Shown piece after piece: positions 13,655-28,992 of a DNA stretch of 64,000 bases. Below the pieces are notes generated by a model. It searched no databases. It saw nothing but the letters and a program-made list of their open reading frames with translations, and was not told where the DNA came from. Made by a program: the position numbers and the translations under genes. Source of the DNA: Eledone cirrhosa (lineage: Eukaryota); contig OZ024740.1 in NCBI GenBank assembly GCA_964016885.1, positions 130,386,001-130,450,000 on the forward strand. Reading direction: 5' to 3'. The stretch's first letter is position 1; each line of letters begins with the position of its first letter.

Positions 13655-13880
13655 GGAACATGTTTAACCCCGACGACAGAGCTCCGCCGTCGGGAACAAG
13701 TATGAGAGCGTGGTGGAGTAGTGGGAGAGAACGAAAAGAACTGCGTACCAGTAAGTTGCGGAGGTTGTGAGCTCTGCGGTCGGGGTTAAATATTTTCCTA
13801 TTACCCACTCTACTACCCTAAGTATTGAGAACTCTGGTGCGTTGTTGTCCATCTGGTTCCTTATTACACCTCCTTCTCTC
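13653..13880. mobile_element. Family D element carrying a captured PLE ORF fragment
   Basis: D termini enclose sequence encoding RAHNLRNLLVRSSFRSLP on the minus strand, homologous to 12024-12078. Confidence 0.7.
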
Positions 13881-14573
13881 TCTATATATATAACGATAAG
13901 TTAACGGAGCCATAGACTCTCGCTATTCCCTCTCAGTAATGTGATCAAAGGAGAGGCATCTCGAGCTCTTTATAATACAATAGATTCCATACACTGGAGG
14001 TTTTTCCTGGTTTGATTGATGGCGCAATATCTCTCGCTCTAATGTTTTATCTTTTCAATATATTGTATCTATATATCTTTAAATAAAAGGTAGATTTATT
14101 AACTCATACTGAAACCCTATAATTAACAAGCTAAAAGTATGAATACTGAGCATAATAATAATAATATATGTAGTAATAAACACAGTAAATCGTGTGCTTA
14201 AATTTACGAGGGTTGAAAAGCACATATGTTTGAAATATTTAACCATGAAGCAGACAGAAAATACATAAGATAAGTATATACAGACCGACTCGATAACTAT
14301 TACATCTCCCGGACGTATTAGGTATTCATGTGTTTCGCCCTGAGTGTGTTTGCATCAGATAATCCCTGGTGATCATCAGCGACAGAATCAGATTAAATGC
14401 GCCAAAAACCCAATGCTAACAGTCACAGGAATGACAATTTCACGTCGTACGCTGTAAGTCAAAATTGCCGTTAGTGGTTTGGTTAGAAATAATAGCCTAA
14501 TACACACAACTTATAAACTCACCTAGGAAGGGAGCCGAAATATGTATGTGTGTTTTATATATGCATGTGTGTA

Positions 14574-14802
<229 letters not shown>

Positions 14803-15118
14803 GTAGGCTTAGTAAAATTGAATCCTTGGTGGTGTTCAAGCAAATTGGAACTACGATATGATTGAATGAGTTAGCGAAGCACTCGACAAGGTAGGTCCTC
14901 AGAGTAATAACATACGTTTAAATAGCTTGACAAATTGAACATTGTGTTAGGCAAAATCTAACACACAATATACCAAAGTAACGAAAGAACTAACAGGTTG
15001 AGAAAATACAGCTGGACAAATCAAACATTATACGTTTAAAGTGTTTCTATCAATCCGAAATCAAATATCAGACTTACGTAACTGATCGAACAAAGGATTC
15101 ATTTTATCAACAGGAATT

Positions 15119-15149
<31 letters not shown>

Positions 15150-15160
15150 TTCGTTTCTAT

Positions 15161-16775
<1,615 letters not shown>

Positions 16776-16994
16776 TATATATATATATATCTTTTCTGAA
16801 TTTGTTTAGCAAGATTCTTTATCTGAAAACGCGTGTTGAAACCTATATTGTTATACTTTGGGAGGGTCATGTTGCCAATAGGAAACACACCAACCAGTTG
16901 CTTTCACTTCAATTTATTATAATAAATTCATAAATTTATGAATTTATACATTTCCGGTTGGTTGGTTCCACAACCAGATGGTTGTTTATATATT

Positions 16995-17037
16995 GTCAAA
17001 GTTTTTTCGTCACACATTCTGTGACCTCTTCAGTGAC
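16995..17037 (-). ncRNA. Minimal hammerhead (family F)
   Basis: gtca-CTGAAGA-g-gtcac...gtgac-GAAA-aaac-TT-tgac. Confidence 0.6.
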
Positions 17038-17154
17038 TGGGGATTTTTTTCTTTGTTTTTGTGCCTCTCCTTTGTTCTGTCCTTCTGTCCTGAGAAACAA
17101 GATGGCGTAGGATAGAACAAAGGAGAGGCACAAAAACAAAGAAAAGAATCTCCA

Positions 17155-17197
17155 GTCACTGTAGAGGTCACAGAAAGTGTGACGAAAGAACTTTGAC
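17155..17197 (+). ncRNA. Minimal hammerhead (family F), core mutated (CTGTAGA)
   Basis: gtca-CTGTAGA-g-gtcac...gtgac-GAAAG-aa-CTT-tgac. Confidence 0.5.
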
Positions 17198-17351
17198 AAT
17201 ATATAAACAACCATCTGGTTGTGGAACCAACCAACCAAACGAAAATGTATAAATTCCTAAGTTCCCAAATTTTTAAATTGATTATAATAAATTGACGTGA
17301 AGCAACTGGTGCGTGTGTTTCTTATTGGCAACATAACCCTCCCAAAGTATA

Positions 17352-17407
<56 letters not shown>

Positions 17408-17447
17408 TATAAATATTAATAAAATAGATGTTCTTTTGATCAAATAA

Positions 17448-17500
17448 ATTTTATTATACATATTTCGTATGTACAGCAGTACGTCCTCATCAGACAAAAT
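17448..17500 (-). ncRNA. Minimal hammerhead (family X, 5' inverted pLTR)
   Basis: attttgt-CTGATGA-ggacgtac...gtacatac-GAAA-tatgta-TA-ataaaat. Confidence 0.7.
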
Positions 17501-17895
17501 ATAATGATACATGACATACCCTGATATGTTTAATGGTTAATATTTAATCAAGTTATTGATTAAACCAAGAGAAGATTTTGCCTATATAGCCCAATTATGA
17601 GAAAATGCGAAAATATTATAAATTCATTAGAGAATGTGTGAGTAAGAAAAAACGTTGCTTACTCTAACTGTTCTAAATGTTTTAAAATATATGATACTAC
17701 GATATATCTAGGAAAACGTAACATGAATCACAACAGCCAGTGATAGGCACTGTAAAAATATTTATAAAGAGGGAAAGATAAATGATGCGTAGATATATAT
17801 AACCACAAATGAAATAGATAGAATTTTACCGGCCAGAAGTACTGTCATTAACTTCAATAACGAATTTTGGACCCGCTCAGATAGAGATAGAAACG

Positions 17896-19180
17896 TTGAT
17901 ATCACTATGCGATTCCGCGCAAATCACAGATGTTCTGGCAATGTTCATATTAAACATGATAAATAGAAAACTGCCGGAGTTTACCGGTGGTTTATATAGG
18001 GACGAGATTTTATTTACGGTGGTCAAACACAATAATATAGAAGTAAATAGAGTTAAGAAAAGTATAATAGAATTCTTTAAAACGTACGACCTTAAAATAG
18101 AAGTAGAAAATGGTACCAAAATAGTTAATTTCCTTGACGTTACCTTTAACTTAAACACTGGCTTCTATTACCCATTTCATAAGCCTAATGAAAAGTTAAA
18201 TTATGTTAGTAACTATTCAAATCAGCCTAGATCTGTAAAAAAAGCTATAGTTAATAGTGTTCAAAAACGTATTAATAAAATATCAGCTAATAAAGATATA
18301 TTTGATAAAAAAAAAAACGCTGAATACTACAACAATGCGTTAAAAAGACCAGGATATATGAATAATATAGAATATGTAGATAATAATAATCCAAGTAGTA
18401 TTCCTAATAATAATAATAAAAATAATAACATATATAAGAGAAACTCTAATAATTATAATTCAAACACACATACGCTAAATAAATCGAGATTACGAACTAG
18501 CTCTAAACCAGTCATATGGTTTGCACCACCTACTTCGGTCGCAGTTAAAACACGAATTCCAAAATTATTCTTTAAAGCTATTGACACCTATTTCCCTACT
18601 CAACATAAATACCATTCCATTTTTAATAGACATACCATCAAATTCTCAAATTCTACTACCAGTAACATGGCCCAAAACATTGCCAGATTAAACGCCAAAA
18701 TCCTAAAACCAAACCAGCATAATGATCATAATAATAGAGTTAACATAAATGATACTAAACCAAAATGTAATTGTAGAAATAAAACTAATTACCCTTTGCA
18801 AAATAATTGTTTAGATAGTAATTTGGTTTATAAATGCACCGTAAAAACTGATCACAAAACATACAACTACATTGGTTCGACCTCGTCAACATTCAAAGCT
18901 CGTTTTGCGAACCATAAATGCTCATTCTCGAACTCTAAGAGGAAATCATCCACGTCTTTATCACAACTCATATGGTCATTAAAAGAGAAGAATTTAAAAT
19001 ACCCCATTATTTAGACAAAACTTCGGAACTGTGGAATTTACCGCAACTTTAGTATATCAAATAACAGCCCGCTCTATACAAATGGAGACGCTGTTGATTA
19101 TTAATAACTATGAGACCCTAATTAACAAAAAAAGGGAATTATTCTCTAGTTGCCTCCATAAAGCTACGTCCACTTTTTAA
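17896..19180 (+). pseudogene. PLE reverse transcriptase C-terminus plus GIY-YIG endonuclease, truncated and disrupted
   Basis: GLYRDE (YxDD), VNFLDVTFNL, WFAPP, FNRHTIKFS, CNCR...YPL...C, LVYKC...YIGST...FKARFANH. Confidence 0.9.
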
Positions 19181-19760
19181 GCCTCACATAAAACGAGAAA
19201 AAAAGAAGCAATAACACCAAACCAATAATAACTCGGTTACCAGGAATATATAATCAACAGTGAAAAACATTAATGGCCTTTAATATTGCTTTATTTAATA
19301 TTTATCTATAGAAGAAACAACTCTCGAATGAATGACACTTGTTCAATAACATGCCTACATATTGATACACACAACATTATTTTGTTAACTTTGATCAATA
19401 CCATCAATTCTTTATTTCATTATCTCTCTATCTATCTGCCTATCTATGCTTATAATTTAGTATAATACCTAATCTTTACACATTTACGGAATTTATATAT
19501 AACCGTGAATTTTTAATACATTTTTGATCTATTTTAAATTTTAGTTTAATAACCAATCCATAATTTTTTATGAAACTTATCTACAACTGTGAATTTTTAA
19601 TGAGTTTTTGATCTCGTATTTATAGTATAATATAATATAGTATATGCATATATTTATTTTAAATATATTTACTGCACTATCAAATCTAAAATTTAAGACA
19701 AATTCAAACTTATATATAAATGTGATTTTTTGCTGCGCATTTGATCTCTTATTTATAATA

Positions 19761-19949
19761 TAATTGTTTCTACTTTTGGCACAAGGCCAGCAATTACCCA
19801 GTGTATTATTGGTACTTTATTTTATCGACCCCGTAAGGATGAAAGGCAAAGTTAACCTCGGCGGATTTCAACTCAGAATGGAAAGGGCCGTATCTCTTTG
19901 CGGCAAAGCATGACGTCCAACCCTCTACCGATACTGCCAATCCACCTCC
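19761..19949 (-). mobile_element. tRNA-like SINE with Nin/Deu-like central domain
   Basis: A-box-like tggcagtatcgg, B-box-like gagttgaaatcc, then ctttgcctttcatccttacggggtcgataaa; six copies in the window. Confidence 0.85.
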
Positions 19950-20471
19950 CATATTATAATACGTTATATATAATATAATGTATTATAATATGTATGTAGT
20001 TATATATTATATTTCATATATTTTTAAATATTTTAAAATATTTTTAAATATACCTACCACATTTCTATATATATGATTCAAATATAGAGAAAATATCCAA
20101 ACTAAAAATTATTATAGACATTATTTTGAACTTTGGATTATCCATGCACTCATTATTGTTTTTATATATATATATATATGTATGCATTTACATGTAACAC
20201 GTTGAACTCTACTTTATAAAATTATAACTATTATCAGTTACCTAAAGTATACTATACTAATAATACCTAATATATATCTATATATAAACCTCCCTATATC
20301 TAATAATAAGTTGATATCTTGGGTGAAGAATAATTAGTACATTTACACCCAGTTATACATAGGTGTATATTTATCCTTAACATGCTTCAATCTATTATCT
20401 TATTTTATTTTTATCTTCGTCGTTATTATTTACCTTAAACATACTGGCTCATTAATATATACCTATATACA

Positions 20472-20660
20472 TAATTGTTTCTACTTTAGGCACAAGGCCA
20501 GCAATTACCCAGTGCATTACTGGTACTTTATTTTATCGACCCCGTAAGGATGAAAGGCAAAGTCAACCTCGGCGGGATTTGAACTCAGATCGTAAAGGGA
20601 CGTAACTATGCTAGAAAGCATGGCGTCCAACCCTCCACCGATACTGCCAATCCACCGCCC
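20472..20660 (-). mobile_element. tRNA-like SINE copy
   Basis: Same family, B box gagttcaaatcc. Confidence 0.9.
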
Positions 20661-21320
20661 TCATATATATATGTATATACCTATATACCTATATATGTAT
20701 ATACCTATATACATAATACTTATTTAAATATTCATAACAATAAGTACTTCAAAAGATTTACATACCTCATATGATGGTATCTTTGTTAAATTTAGGTAAA
20801 TAATCAACAGTATAATATTTCATTCTTTATGTGTTAGCTAAATCCTTTCAATTTTACACTCATAACATTCAGAAGTTTAGAAATGATAACACACTTATCG
20901 AATTTATAAAAAATAATAGATAAATAACCAGCAAATAATCCTGAAATCTGGAGTCTTCACCCTAATAATATAAATTAAATATTTTCAATTTAACCATTTA
21001 AATTTCGGAAAAAAATCTCCTTCTGCATATATCACCAATTTATCTTTCCCTCTTTATACATCCTTTTCCAGTGCCTATCACAGGCTGTTATGATTCATGA
21101 GACGTTTTCTTAGATATATCGTAGTATCATATATTTTAAAACGTTTAGAACAGTTAGAGTAAGCAACGTTTTTTCTTACTCACACATTCTCTAAAGGATT
21201 TATAACGTTTTCGCATTTTCTCATAATTGGGCTCTATATGTAAAATCTTCTCTTGGGTTAATCGATACCTTGATTAAATCTTAACCATTTAAAATCTCAA
21301 AGTATGTCATGTATCATTAT

Positions 21321-21373
21321 ATTTTGTCTGATGAGGACATACATTTGTTCATCCGAAATATGTATAATAAAAT
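21321..21373 (+). ncRNA. Minimal hammerhead (family X, 3' pLTR)
   Basis: attttgt-CTGATGA-gga...tcc-GAAA-tatgta-TA-ataaaat. Confidence 0.75.
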
Positions 21374-21413
21374 TGATTTGATCAAAAGAACATCTATTTT
21401 ATTAATATATATA

Positions 21414-21465
<52 letters not shown>

Positions 21466-21471
<6 letters not shown>

Positions 21472-21950
21472 TAACAGATTAATGTTTAAGCAAATAATCG
21501 CTGCTTTCACCGTTAACTGTACCTTCTGAAACAAAAAAAAAAAATCAATCTGTGAACGCAGAATAAATATTTCAAAAAACGTTGCAACCGTAGGAAGAGC
21601 GGAAGATGATACTTTGGTTCGTGGAAACGTTTCCTGGCAAAGAGCGGAAAAAACGAAGATAATACGTCATTATTTGGAGCGGTGAAAAACAATTACAAGC
21701 AAAGACAAAACCACGTTTATGTATGAATGAAGTCGTAGACTAATATTCTATTTGGTGGTTCCTGGATACGTTCTCTGGCAATGAACGGAAAAAACGAAGA
21801 TAATACGTTATTATGTGGAGCGGTGAAAACAATTACACGCAAAACAAGACCACGTAAATGGTATAACTGAAGTCGTATACTAATATACTATTTAGGAAAC
21901 CGAATGATTCTCGGCTTCAGAGTTAAGAATAAAGTAAATAAAATACAGAG
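21466..21950. repeat. Interspersed repeat family Y with internal tandem subrepeat of about 140 bp
   Basis: Copies at 16510-16775 (rc) and about 59200-59642 (rc); each abuts (TA)n. Confidence 0.75.
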
Positions 21951-22147
21951 GTAATTGAAATATATACATACACACATCCATATACGTCCATACACGAGCA
22001 TACGCTAAAACATTCGCCATGGGTAAGCAAATACGAGCACGTACACAAAAACACACGCACGTACATACATAACCCGCACAACGCCTTATTATAATAATAA
22101 TAATAATAATTATTATTATTATTATTATTATAATTATTATTATTATT

Positions 22148-25100
22148 GAATGCCATGGTTGACGGAGGCTCAGCTCTGTAAGGTATAGTGATTTTTAACC
22201 GCTATAACAATTCTAAATTGTTTAAAACTTGAACCAAACTGTAGATAAAAACACCCTCCTCCTCGTGAGAGGGGTCTTTCTGCCCGTTATTTGGCCCTTC
22301 GGGGTTAAATAACCGCTTATTGGGGTTTTGTGCCCAATATTCATTTTAAACCGTAAAAAAAACATGGCTACAAAAAAAAAGTTCACAAGTCACTCCCACT
22401 CATTCCCTCTTCTTCCTCAATCGTCACTACATCAGAGAGAAGATTGTCTCTCTCCCTCCCTTCTCTAAATGTGGTGTCGCCTTTTTCGCAAGCGACACCA
22501 TTAGAGAAAGAGAAAAAATATAGTTTCTCATAGCTTTCACCAAGAGAATGTGCATATCGTGGAACATTTCTCCACGACGACGACAACCACGAAAAATGTG
22601 TGCGGTAAATACGGAAAGCCATTTCATTCGTCTGACGTCATGAAGAATAGCAGTAGCAGCCTTAATAACAGCACCAGCAGCAACAGCGACAAGGAAAACA
22701 CTAGTAGCAGCCGCAACAACATCAGCAGCAGCATAAACAACAAAAGCAGCAGCAGCAGCAACAGCAACAATAACAGCAGTAGCAGCAACAACAACAACAA
22801 CCACCGCAACAGTGGCGGCGGCGGTCGTAGTACCAGCAGCAATAACAAAAGTAACAGCAGCTCTGACGACAACAACAACAACAAGAAAAAACAATCTCGT
22901 TTGCAGGTATCGCAAAGAACCTGGAAACCATCCTTATAACAAATGAGGAATTACAGGAAGCAAAGAAGATGCTAACGAAAACCGGACACCGAGCAATCTG
23001 CAAGGCAGCCGAAACATTTTTCGAAACCCAACAGCAGTGTACGGTAATGTACCGTACAGTAAGCACAAAATCACGTAGGGTTAAAAGAGCCACAGAGGCT
23101 CAAATACAAAAAGCCTTAGGGTCTGTGTGGCAGCGGAAAACGCATATCACCCGAGGCAAGAAATATGCCACCGTGTACATGCTTTTTGCCACACCCCAGG
23201 ATACAAAGGCTCGAACCTTAGTGATCCTAAGGATCGAGTGTTGGTGCCCTCCTACTGCGGGCAAAAACTTGTGAGGGTCAAACTGACCCACGCCCCCCCC
23301 CCCCCCGGATGGCCCCTTCTTGGCAAGCCGCGTCTGTCCTCGTCGGAATCGAGGACAAAACAACTGGACTGCAAGTACAGAAAAAAGTACGAAAATGTTA
23401 AGTCGGCAACTCCATTGAGATGTTAATTGAAACAAACCAGGAGTGCATCGAAGCTATCCCGGATGTGATAGAGTTCGATAACGGCACTCAACTGCCCATA
23501 AGTGTTGAGGGCAAACGCCCGAAATGGTTTCGCTGTGGGTCGAAGACTCACCTGAGGGACTTCTGCAATGAGAAGACCCTGAGAAAGGAGAAAACCCCCT
23601 CCTTCCGATACCGACTCCACTGCTACCAGCAACAGAACAGGCCGCAAGCAAGAAGGATATGTCCGAGGCACCCAAAAACAGGCCACGGAAATCAAGACCA
23701 GCAGCAGCAGTGGAAGTATAAACAACAACAACAGTAATACGAACTGCACCTGCAACAGAGACTCCACTGCAACCATCACCAACAGGAACAAGTGAAAGAG
23801 TGGAGCTGGTACCCCTCCCCGACCGCACATAATCGGACATGGAGTGTGAGGTGGGACAGGGATGGCAAAAGGTCGCAAGTAGGCACAAACGCAGAAGCAG
23901 CGCATCGTTGCCTACAAAAAGGGAGGGAAGAAATGAAAAAAAGAGTAAAGGCTACTGCAAAGAGACTTACAGCAGCAACACCACCAACACCATCACTACC
24001 CACGCTAGCACCACCATCACCACCGGCGGCAACCCCACCACCAACAACAACAACACCTCCAACACCACCACCACAAGCACCAACATCGCAAACACAACAA
24101 CAAAACACACGCACCCAGCAACAACGACATGAATATAGCAGAACCACACCCACACTCAGAAAAAAAAGCACAACATTAAATACACACAAGAAACTAATGA
24201 CTTACATAATTGAACACTCAGACATTTCACAGCGCGACTACATAATACCAGCATCAAACAAAACACCAACGAACAAAAGACTTGTAAGAATAGCACAGAA
24301 ACAATACAGAAAAATTAAAATAAAATTCCCCATGCAGTTGGTGATTTCAGAGACATAGGAGGGACACTCAACCGGAGAGTATATTCGGATATATTCACAG
24401 AAGGGCCGACTACCAGCCGAAGGGACGATTCAACGGTCTCTTCACCAGACGATCAAGTGAAAATGGATGGAGAACCATCCTTCCTCTACGAGAAGTAAGA
24501 TAAGTGGTATTTCCCATATTTTCCACTCCATTTCAACATGACCTCACTCAGAATAGGCAGCATAAATGCGCGTGGCATGGGGTCGTCATGGAAGCAGGCC
24601 ACCTACTCAACGATCTCATGTCACTAAACATAGATGTAGCTGCCATCAGCGAGACCAGAATCTCGGAAGCACGGGTTCGCACCGATCTTCGGTGGCTACG
24701 ATTTGTACGCATCTCCCAGCCGTCCTGGATCGGGGGGAGTAGTTGCTGTGCTTTTTTGGAGAGGTTTGGATCTCTCCATACGAGCCATCTTCCTGGACCC
24801 AGAAAGTAAGTTGGTGTTGCTGGACGTGACCAGCGGAGACGGGCAGGCTATAGGGCTAGTGGCCGTCTATGCCCCGACAGGAGAAGGGCGGCCTGATCTC
24901 TTCCGGCATCTGGAGAACTTTCTAGGAACGTCTCGCTCTTTAGTGTTAGTGAGCGAATGGAACGGGATCTAAGATGCACGCTGGGACTGTGTGGGATTAG
25001 CGGATAGAGAAGGAGGGTGCAAGAGCCTCACCAACCTGATCAGGCTTTTTGAACTGTCTGACAGCTACCGATTGGATTTCCCGAATGTGCCAATGTGGAT

Positions 25101-26778
25101 TTGGATAAACCGCATCGGTTGTTCACAATTCAAGATAGTCAGCTACACGGATCACAAATTCGTGATCTGTGTGCTTGACTTAGATAGGCTTCATAGACGA
25201 GGACCCGGCTACTGGAAGCTAAACGCGTCATTTCCAGCGCGCAAGGCCTACAGAGACCGAATTAGCGAACTAGTTAAGCGTACGTTGACGGGGTCATCGT
25301 CAACAACAAGTGGTGGTTTGCTCTGAAAAGAGCGATTTGAAGATAGTCCATCAGGTTTAGTAAGGCTTTCGCTATATAGAAACTATAGAGCAGAGGGTGA
25401 ACTAGTTAGGAAATTCGACGAGGCGCTTAGTAAAGGCATCGTGACCGACGTACTTGCGGCGTCATCGCTTACATCGCATACGTCATCTACTACCGCCTGA
25501 CCGTCGTACCTTTTCCTAAGCCCCTCCTGACTGCGCTGGAGCGTTTGCTCTTTCGCTTTTTGTCGAAAGCACGCGTCTGACGGTCAGGCGGTCCATCTGC
25601 TGTCGACACCCGCTACGTGGAGGGCTGTGCATGCCGTGGCTGATGATGCTCAGACACGTGCTCAGGCTGCGACATCTACACCTCTTCATCGATGGTGATA
25701 TGGTGTGGTCGCCGTTTGCTAGACACGTCTTTCCCCAGCTCGTCTCATTGACGGAGCTGCAGTACTGGGTCAAATGAAGACCGAGAGGGAGCACTTGGAG
25801 ACTGGAATGTCTTCAGGCGCTCACCGCCCTCGACCAATCGGGCAATGTGATCGGTGGAAACTCCACCTTGGCGTTCTATAGAGGATTAGTGGAGGGGAAG
25901 TGCGACGACGTACTTGGAGAAAATCTAGGCGTCGACGAAAATCATGTAGCCAATCTCTTCGGAAGAACTTTCGGGCCGGGGCCTATGGACAACATCCAGA
26001 AATCACTGGCCTGGCAGTGCTACCGAGGAGCTTTGCCAGTTCGGGATAAACTCTACAGGCATGGATGTGCAGTCAGCCGGGCATGCCCGGGATGCTCGCA
26101 GGGCAACGAAACCGTCCTGCACGCACTCGTCCAGTGTCCGAGCATTGCTGACTTGTGGGCGTATGTCAAACACTAGCTGCCACGTGTAGGACGGATCCAG
26201 CTATCAGCTGAGTCCATCGTGAGGATTGCCGCGCTCTCTTCCTTTAGCTGGGAAGGGCTGGTAGTTTTTATCTGTCTGGTGGCCATGGCGAAATAGATAG
26301 TATGGTGGACACGTTTGAAAGGGCTGAAGACGAGCAGTTACCTCTTCGGTGATGCCCTGATTAACTTTTTCAAATGTCATTTGCAAAACGAAAATCAGGG
26401 TTGAGAGGGAAGTGCTCTCTTCCCAGCCTTTTGTTGAAAAATGGGTGAGAGAAGCAAGTATGGCCCGAGTTAATGGGCCTACTCTGAGTATGTGTCTGTA
26501 TATTAAAGGTGGAAAACTGGGAGACGGCACTTTCCCTGAAGGTCAGAGTCACTCTAGCCTTATAATGGGCTTTCTCCACAAATGTCCCTCTTAAGTCTCC
26601 CCCCTATTGGGGAATTTTTCATGGTTATTATATTTGTTACATCCACTGATTTTGTTTTTTTTTCACGCAGAAATGCCCATTTGTACCGTCCCCTATTTCA
26701 TGTACTGTCCTTAATATCTACTTTATGTAAACGCTTGGGGTTAATAAAGAAAGTATTATTATTGTTATTATTATTATT
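22148..26778 (+). mobile_element. L1/Tx1-type LINE copy 1, internally deleted (RT missing)
   Basis: ORF1 remnants 22969-23600; APE 24538-25460 (RIGSINARG..DVAAISETR); jumps to the post-RT region at about 25460; CPGC..ETVLHALVQC; AATAAA plus (TTA)n tail. Confidence 0.9.
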
Positions 26779-27273
26779 GGCGACCTACGTAGTAAATCTT
26801 ATCATCGTGAGCTCCGCAAAAGTTTGTTGTTTTCGTTTGTTTAAAATTGCCATTTATGGAAAAAAATGTATTGTTAACTGTAAATAAGTGTACATACATT
26901 GTTTTCCGAAAAGGACACTCAAAAATATTGGGGCCTTGAGCCCAAAATTTAAACTTTTATAATTATCAAAAAAAACTTTTTTGAAAAACACATGGATGAC
27001 TCATAGCTACACGAAGCTAACAGCCTTCCTCACAAACTAACACCTCACACCGACACCACCATTGTAAATATTACTACGTTTGCCAACACAAAAAATATAA
27101 GCAGAAGCAATATTTTAAATTAATCTCAAGCAGATATTCATTTCCCGCCATTACCAATTACTGCAGGTGTTAAAGCCGCCACCACCATCACCGCCGCGAC
27201 AACCACCACCCCCATCACCACCACAGCGACAACAGAAACAAAAGAAAAAAATAAATTAACTTGAGATATCGAA

Positions 27274-28125
27274 ATGAATTCAACCAAAATGAACTCTTCC
27301 ACACCCAACACCACTGACGCCACCACCAACACAACTGAAACTAAATTTAATAATAACAAAAATAACGATAACAACAACAGTAACAATGAAATTAAGATAA
27401 CCGCCCTGAGTTTTGCCAGAGTAGCAAAAGAGTGCGAAGCATTTCAGGTAACTCAGGAGGAATTAGAAGAAGCAAAAAAAATGGTAAAGAAAGATGGGTA
27501 CAGAGTCAGTCTCACCACCCCACCTAATAAAATGGAGCATGTGCGCCTATGCACCGTCTCTTACCGAACATATAATATAAAATCGCGCCGAGTGGAACGG
27601 GCACCCGAGTCCCAAATCCAAAAAGCTTTGGGACATGTGTGGGCAAAAAAAAAACACATCAGAATTGGTCAGAAATATGGAACCGTGGACGTGTTCTTTG
27701 AAACACCACAGGAGGCTAGAGAACACTCTATGGCCCCATTAAGAAGTGGCGACTTCACACTCGCCCCAAGCTATTGTGGCCAGAGACTCGTAGAGATCAG
27801 AGTGACCCACGTTCCACCGGCCATCGAAATTCCCTGGCTAATGGCTGCCGTCCTCACCGGCATCGAAGCCAACAGCAAGATAATCGAAATAGCGAAAGAA
27901 AAGCAGCCAAACTGGTCCGGATCTGGGATGGAGCTCCTGATCCAAGCGGACCAAAAAAGCATTGAGGAGATCCCAGAGGTAATAGACCTCACTGACGGCA
28001 GCCAGCTCACCGTAATTGTCGAGGTCAGAATGCCTAGGTGTGTCGTTTGTGGTGAAGGAACCCACCTAAGGTTTTTCTGCCCTCAGGCTAAAAGGTTGAT
28101 GCCCCTCTCCTACCCACCACAGTGA
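27274..28125 (+). CDS. LINE ORF1 protein with CCHC zinc knuckle
   Basis: 283-aa ORF ending CVVCGEGTHLRFFC; homologous to the copy 1 ORF1 remnants. Confidence 0.75.
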   Translation: MNSTKMNSSTPNTTDATTNTTETKFNNNKNNDNNNSNNEIKITALSFARVAKECEAFQVTQEELEEAKKMVKKDGYRVSLTTPPNKMEHVRLCTVSYRTYNIKSRRVERAPESQIQKALGHVWAKKKHIRIGQKYGTVDVFFETPQEAREHSMAPLRSGDFTLAPSYCGQRLVEIRVTHVPPAIEIPWLMAAVLTGIEANSKIIEIAKEKQPNWSGSGMELLIQADQKSIEEIPEVIDLTDGSQLTVIVEVRMPRCVVCGEGTHLRFFCPQAKRLMPLSYPPQ

Positions 28126-28992
28126 CTCAACCATCAACACCAACAGCAGCAGAGATGGCAGCAACAACTGTAGCAGCAACGACAGAAGCAACTGTAACAG
28201 CAACAACCCCAGCAACAGTAGCAAAACCAACACCACCAACACCACCCGACGCGCTAGAACTAGCACCCGAGCCTGCATCATCCACCACGCCACAACCAAA
28301 ACCAACGCATGTGGAGGATTTTCCACACCCGGCCTATCACAACTGGAGACAGATTGTGACGACGAGGAGTGGGAAACGGTATCAGGAAAAAATAAAAAAA
28401 TAAACCAAAAAATAAAAAAAATTCTCTTCCCTCCCCCTCCAAACCAAAATACAAAGGGAAACAAATTAACTATCAAACCAAAAAGTTAGGACACATATGC
28501 CACCATCCACACCAGCATCATCAACCCCATCAGCACAAACACCAACACTCTCGCCATCATTAACCCCAACACCACCATCACCAACACCACAAATGTCCCC
28601 AAAAAGCGAAACAGAAAGAAACCCACAACAAACGCAAACAAAACAAAACAACCAAAACGATACACACTACACAGCATTAAATTTGAACAACAACCAATTA
28701 TTACACTACATCCAACACAACACCAGCATCACAGAAAAAGACCACACAACAACCCAAATGTTCACACCAGCTCCACACATACAAATCACTCGCAACACAC
28801 AGAAAACGTACACGACTCTAAAACAAAAATTCCCCAAAGACATCGGAGATTCGAAAAAAACACTCTCCAGGAGGATTTATAAGGACATCCTAACGGAGGA
28901 GGCCACAAGCAGTGAAACGGATGGACAAACCATCCTTCCACTACGAGAAGTAAGGTAAGTGGCCTTTCCCATCTTTTCCACTCCATTTCAAC

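Larger units (their letters stand above)
16791..17356. mobile_element. Foldback element family F copy 1 with HHR in both arms
   Basis: About 235-bp inverted arms at 16845-17082 and 17110-17356 plus a 55-nt tail; TA flanks; second copy at 62925. Confidence 0.85.
17401..21420 (+). mobile_element. Penelope-like element (Naiad-like motifs) with about 390-bp inverted pseudo-LTRs, inserted in (TA)n
   Basis: 17401-17790 is rc of 21030-21420; internal RT/GIY-YIG ORF; HHR in each pLTR. Confidence 0.85.

Noticed and set aside
14310-14385. Minus-strand CTGATGA...GAAAC...GTC
   Set aside because: Stems II and III do not pair convincingly
17896-19180. Selenocysteine recoding, reported for some Naiad PLEs
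   Set aside because: No in-frame TGA at conserved Cys positions was seen in this copy or in 47755-48240
19761-19949. tRNA genes
   Set aside because: The A/B-box sequences belong to SINE heads, several with TSDs; no cloverleaf was found
21600-21890. CRISPR-like spaced repeats
   Set aside because: Eukaryotic tandem subrepeats without unique spacers or cas genes
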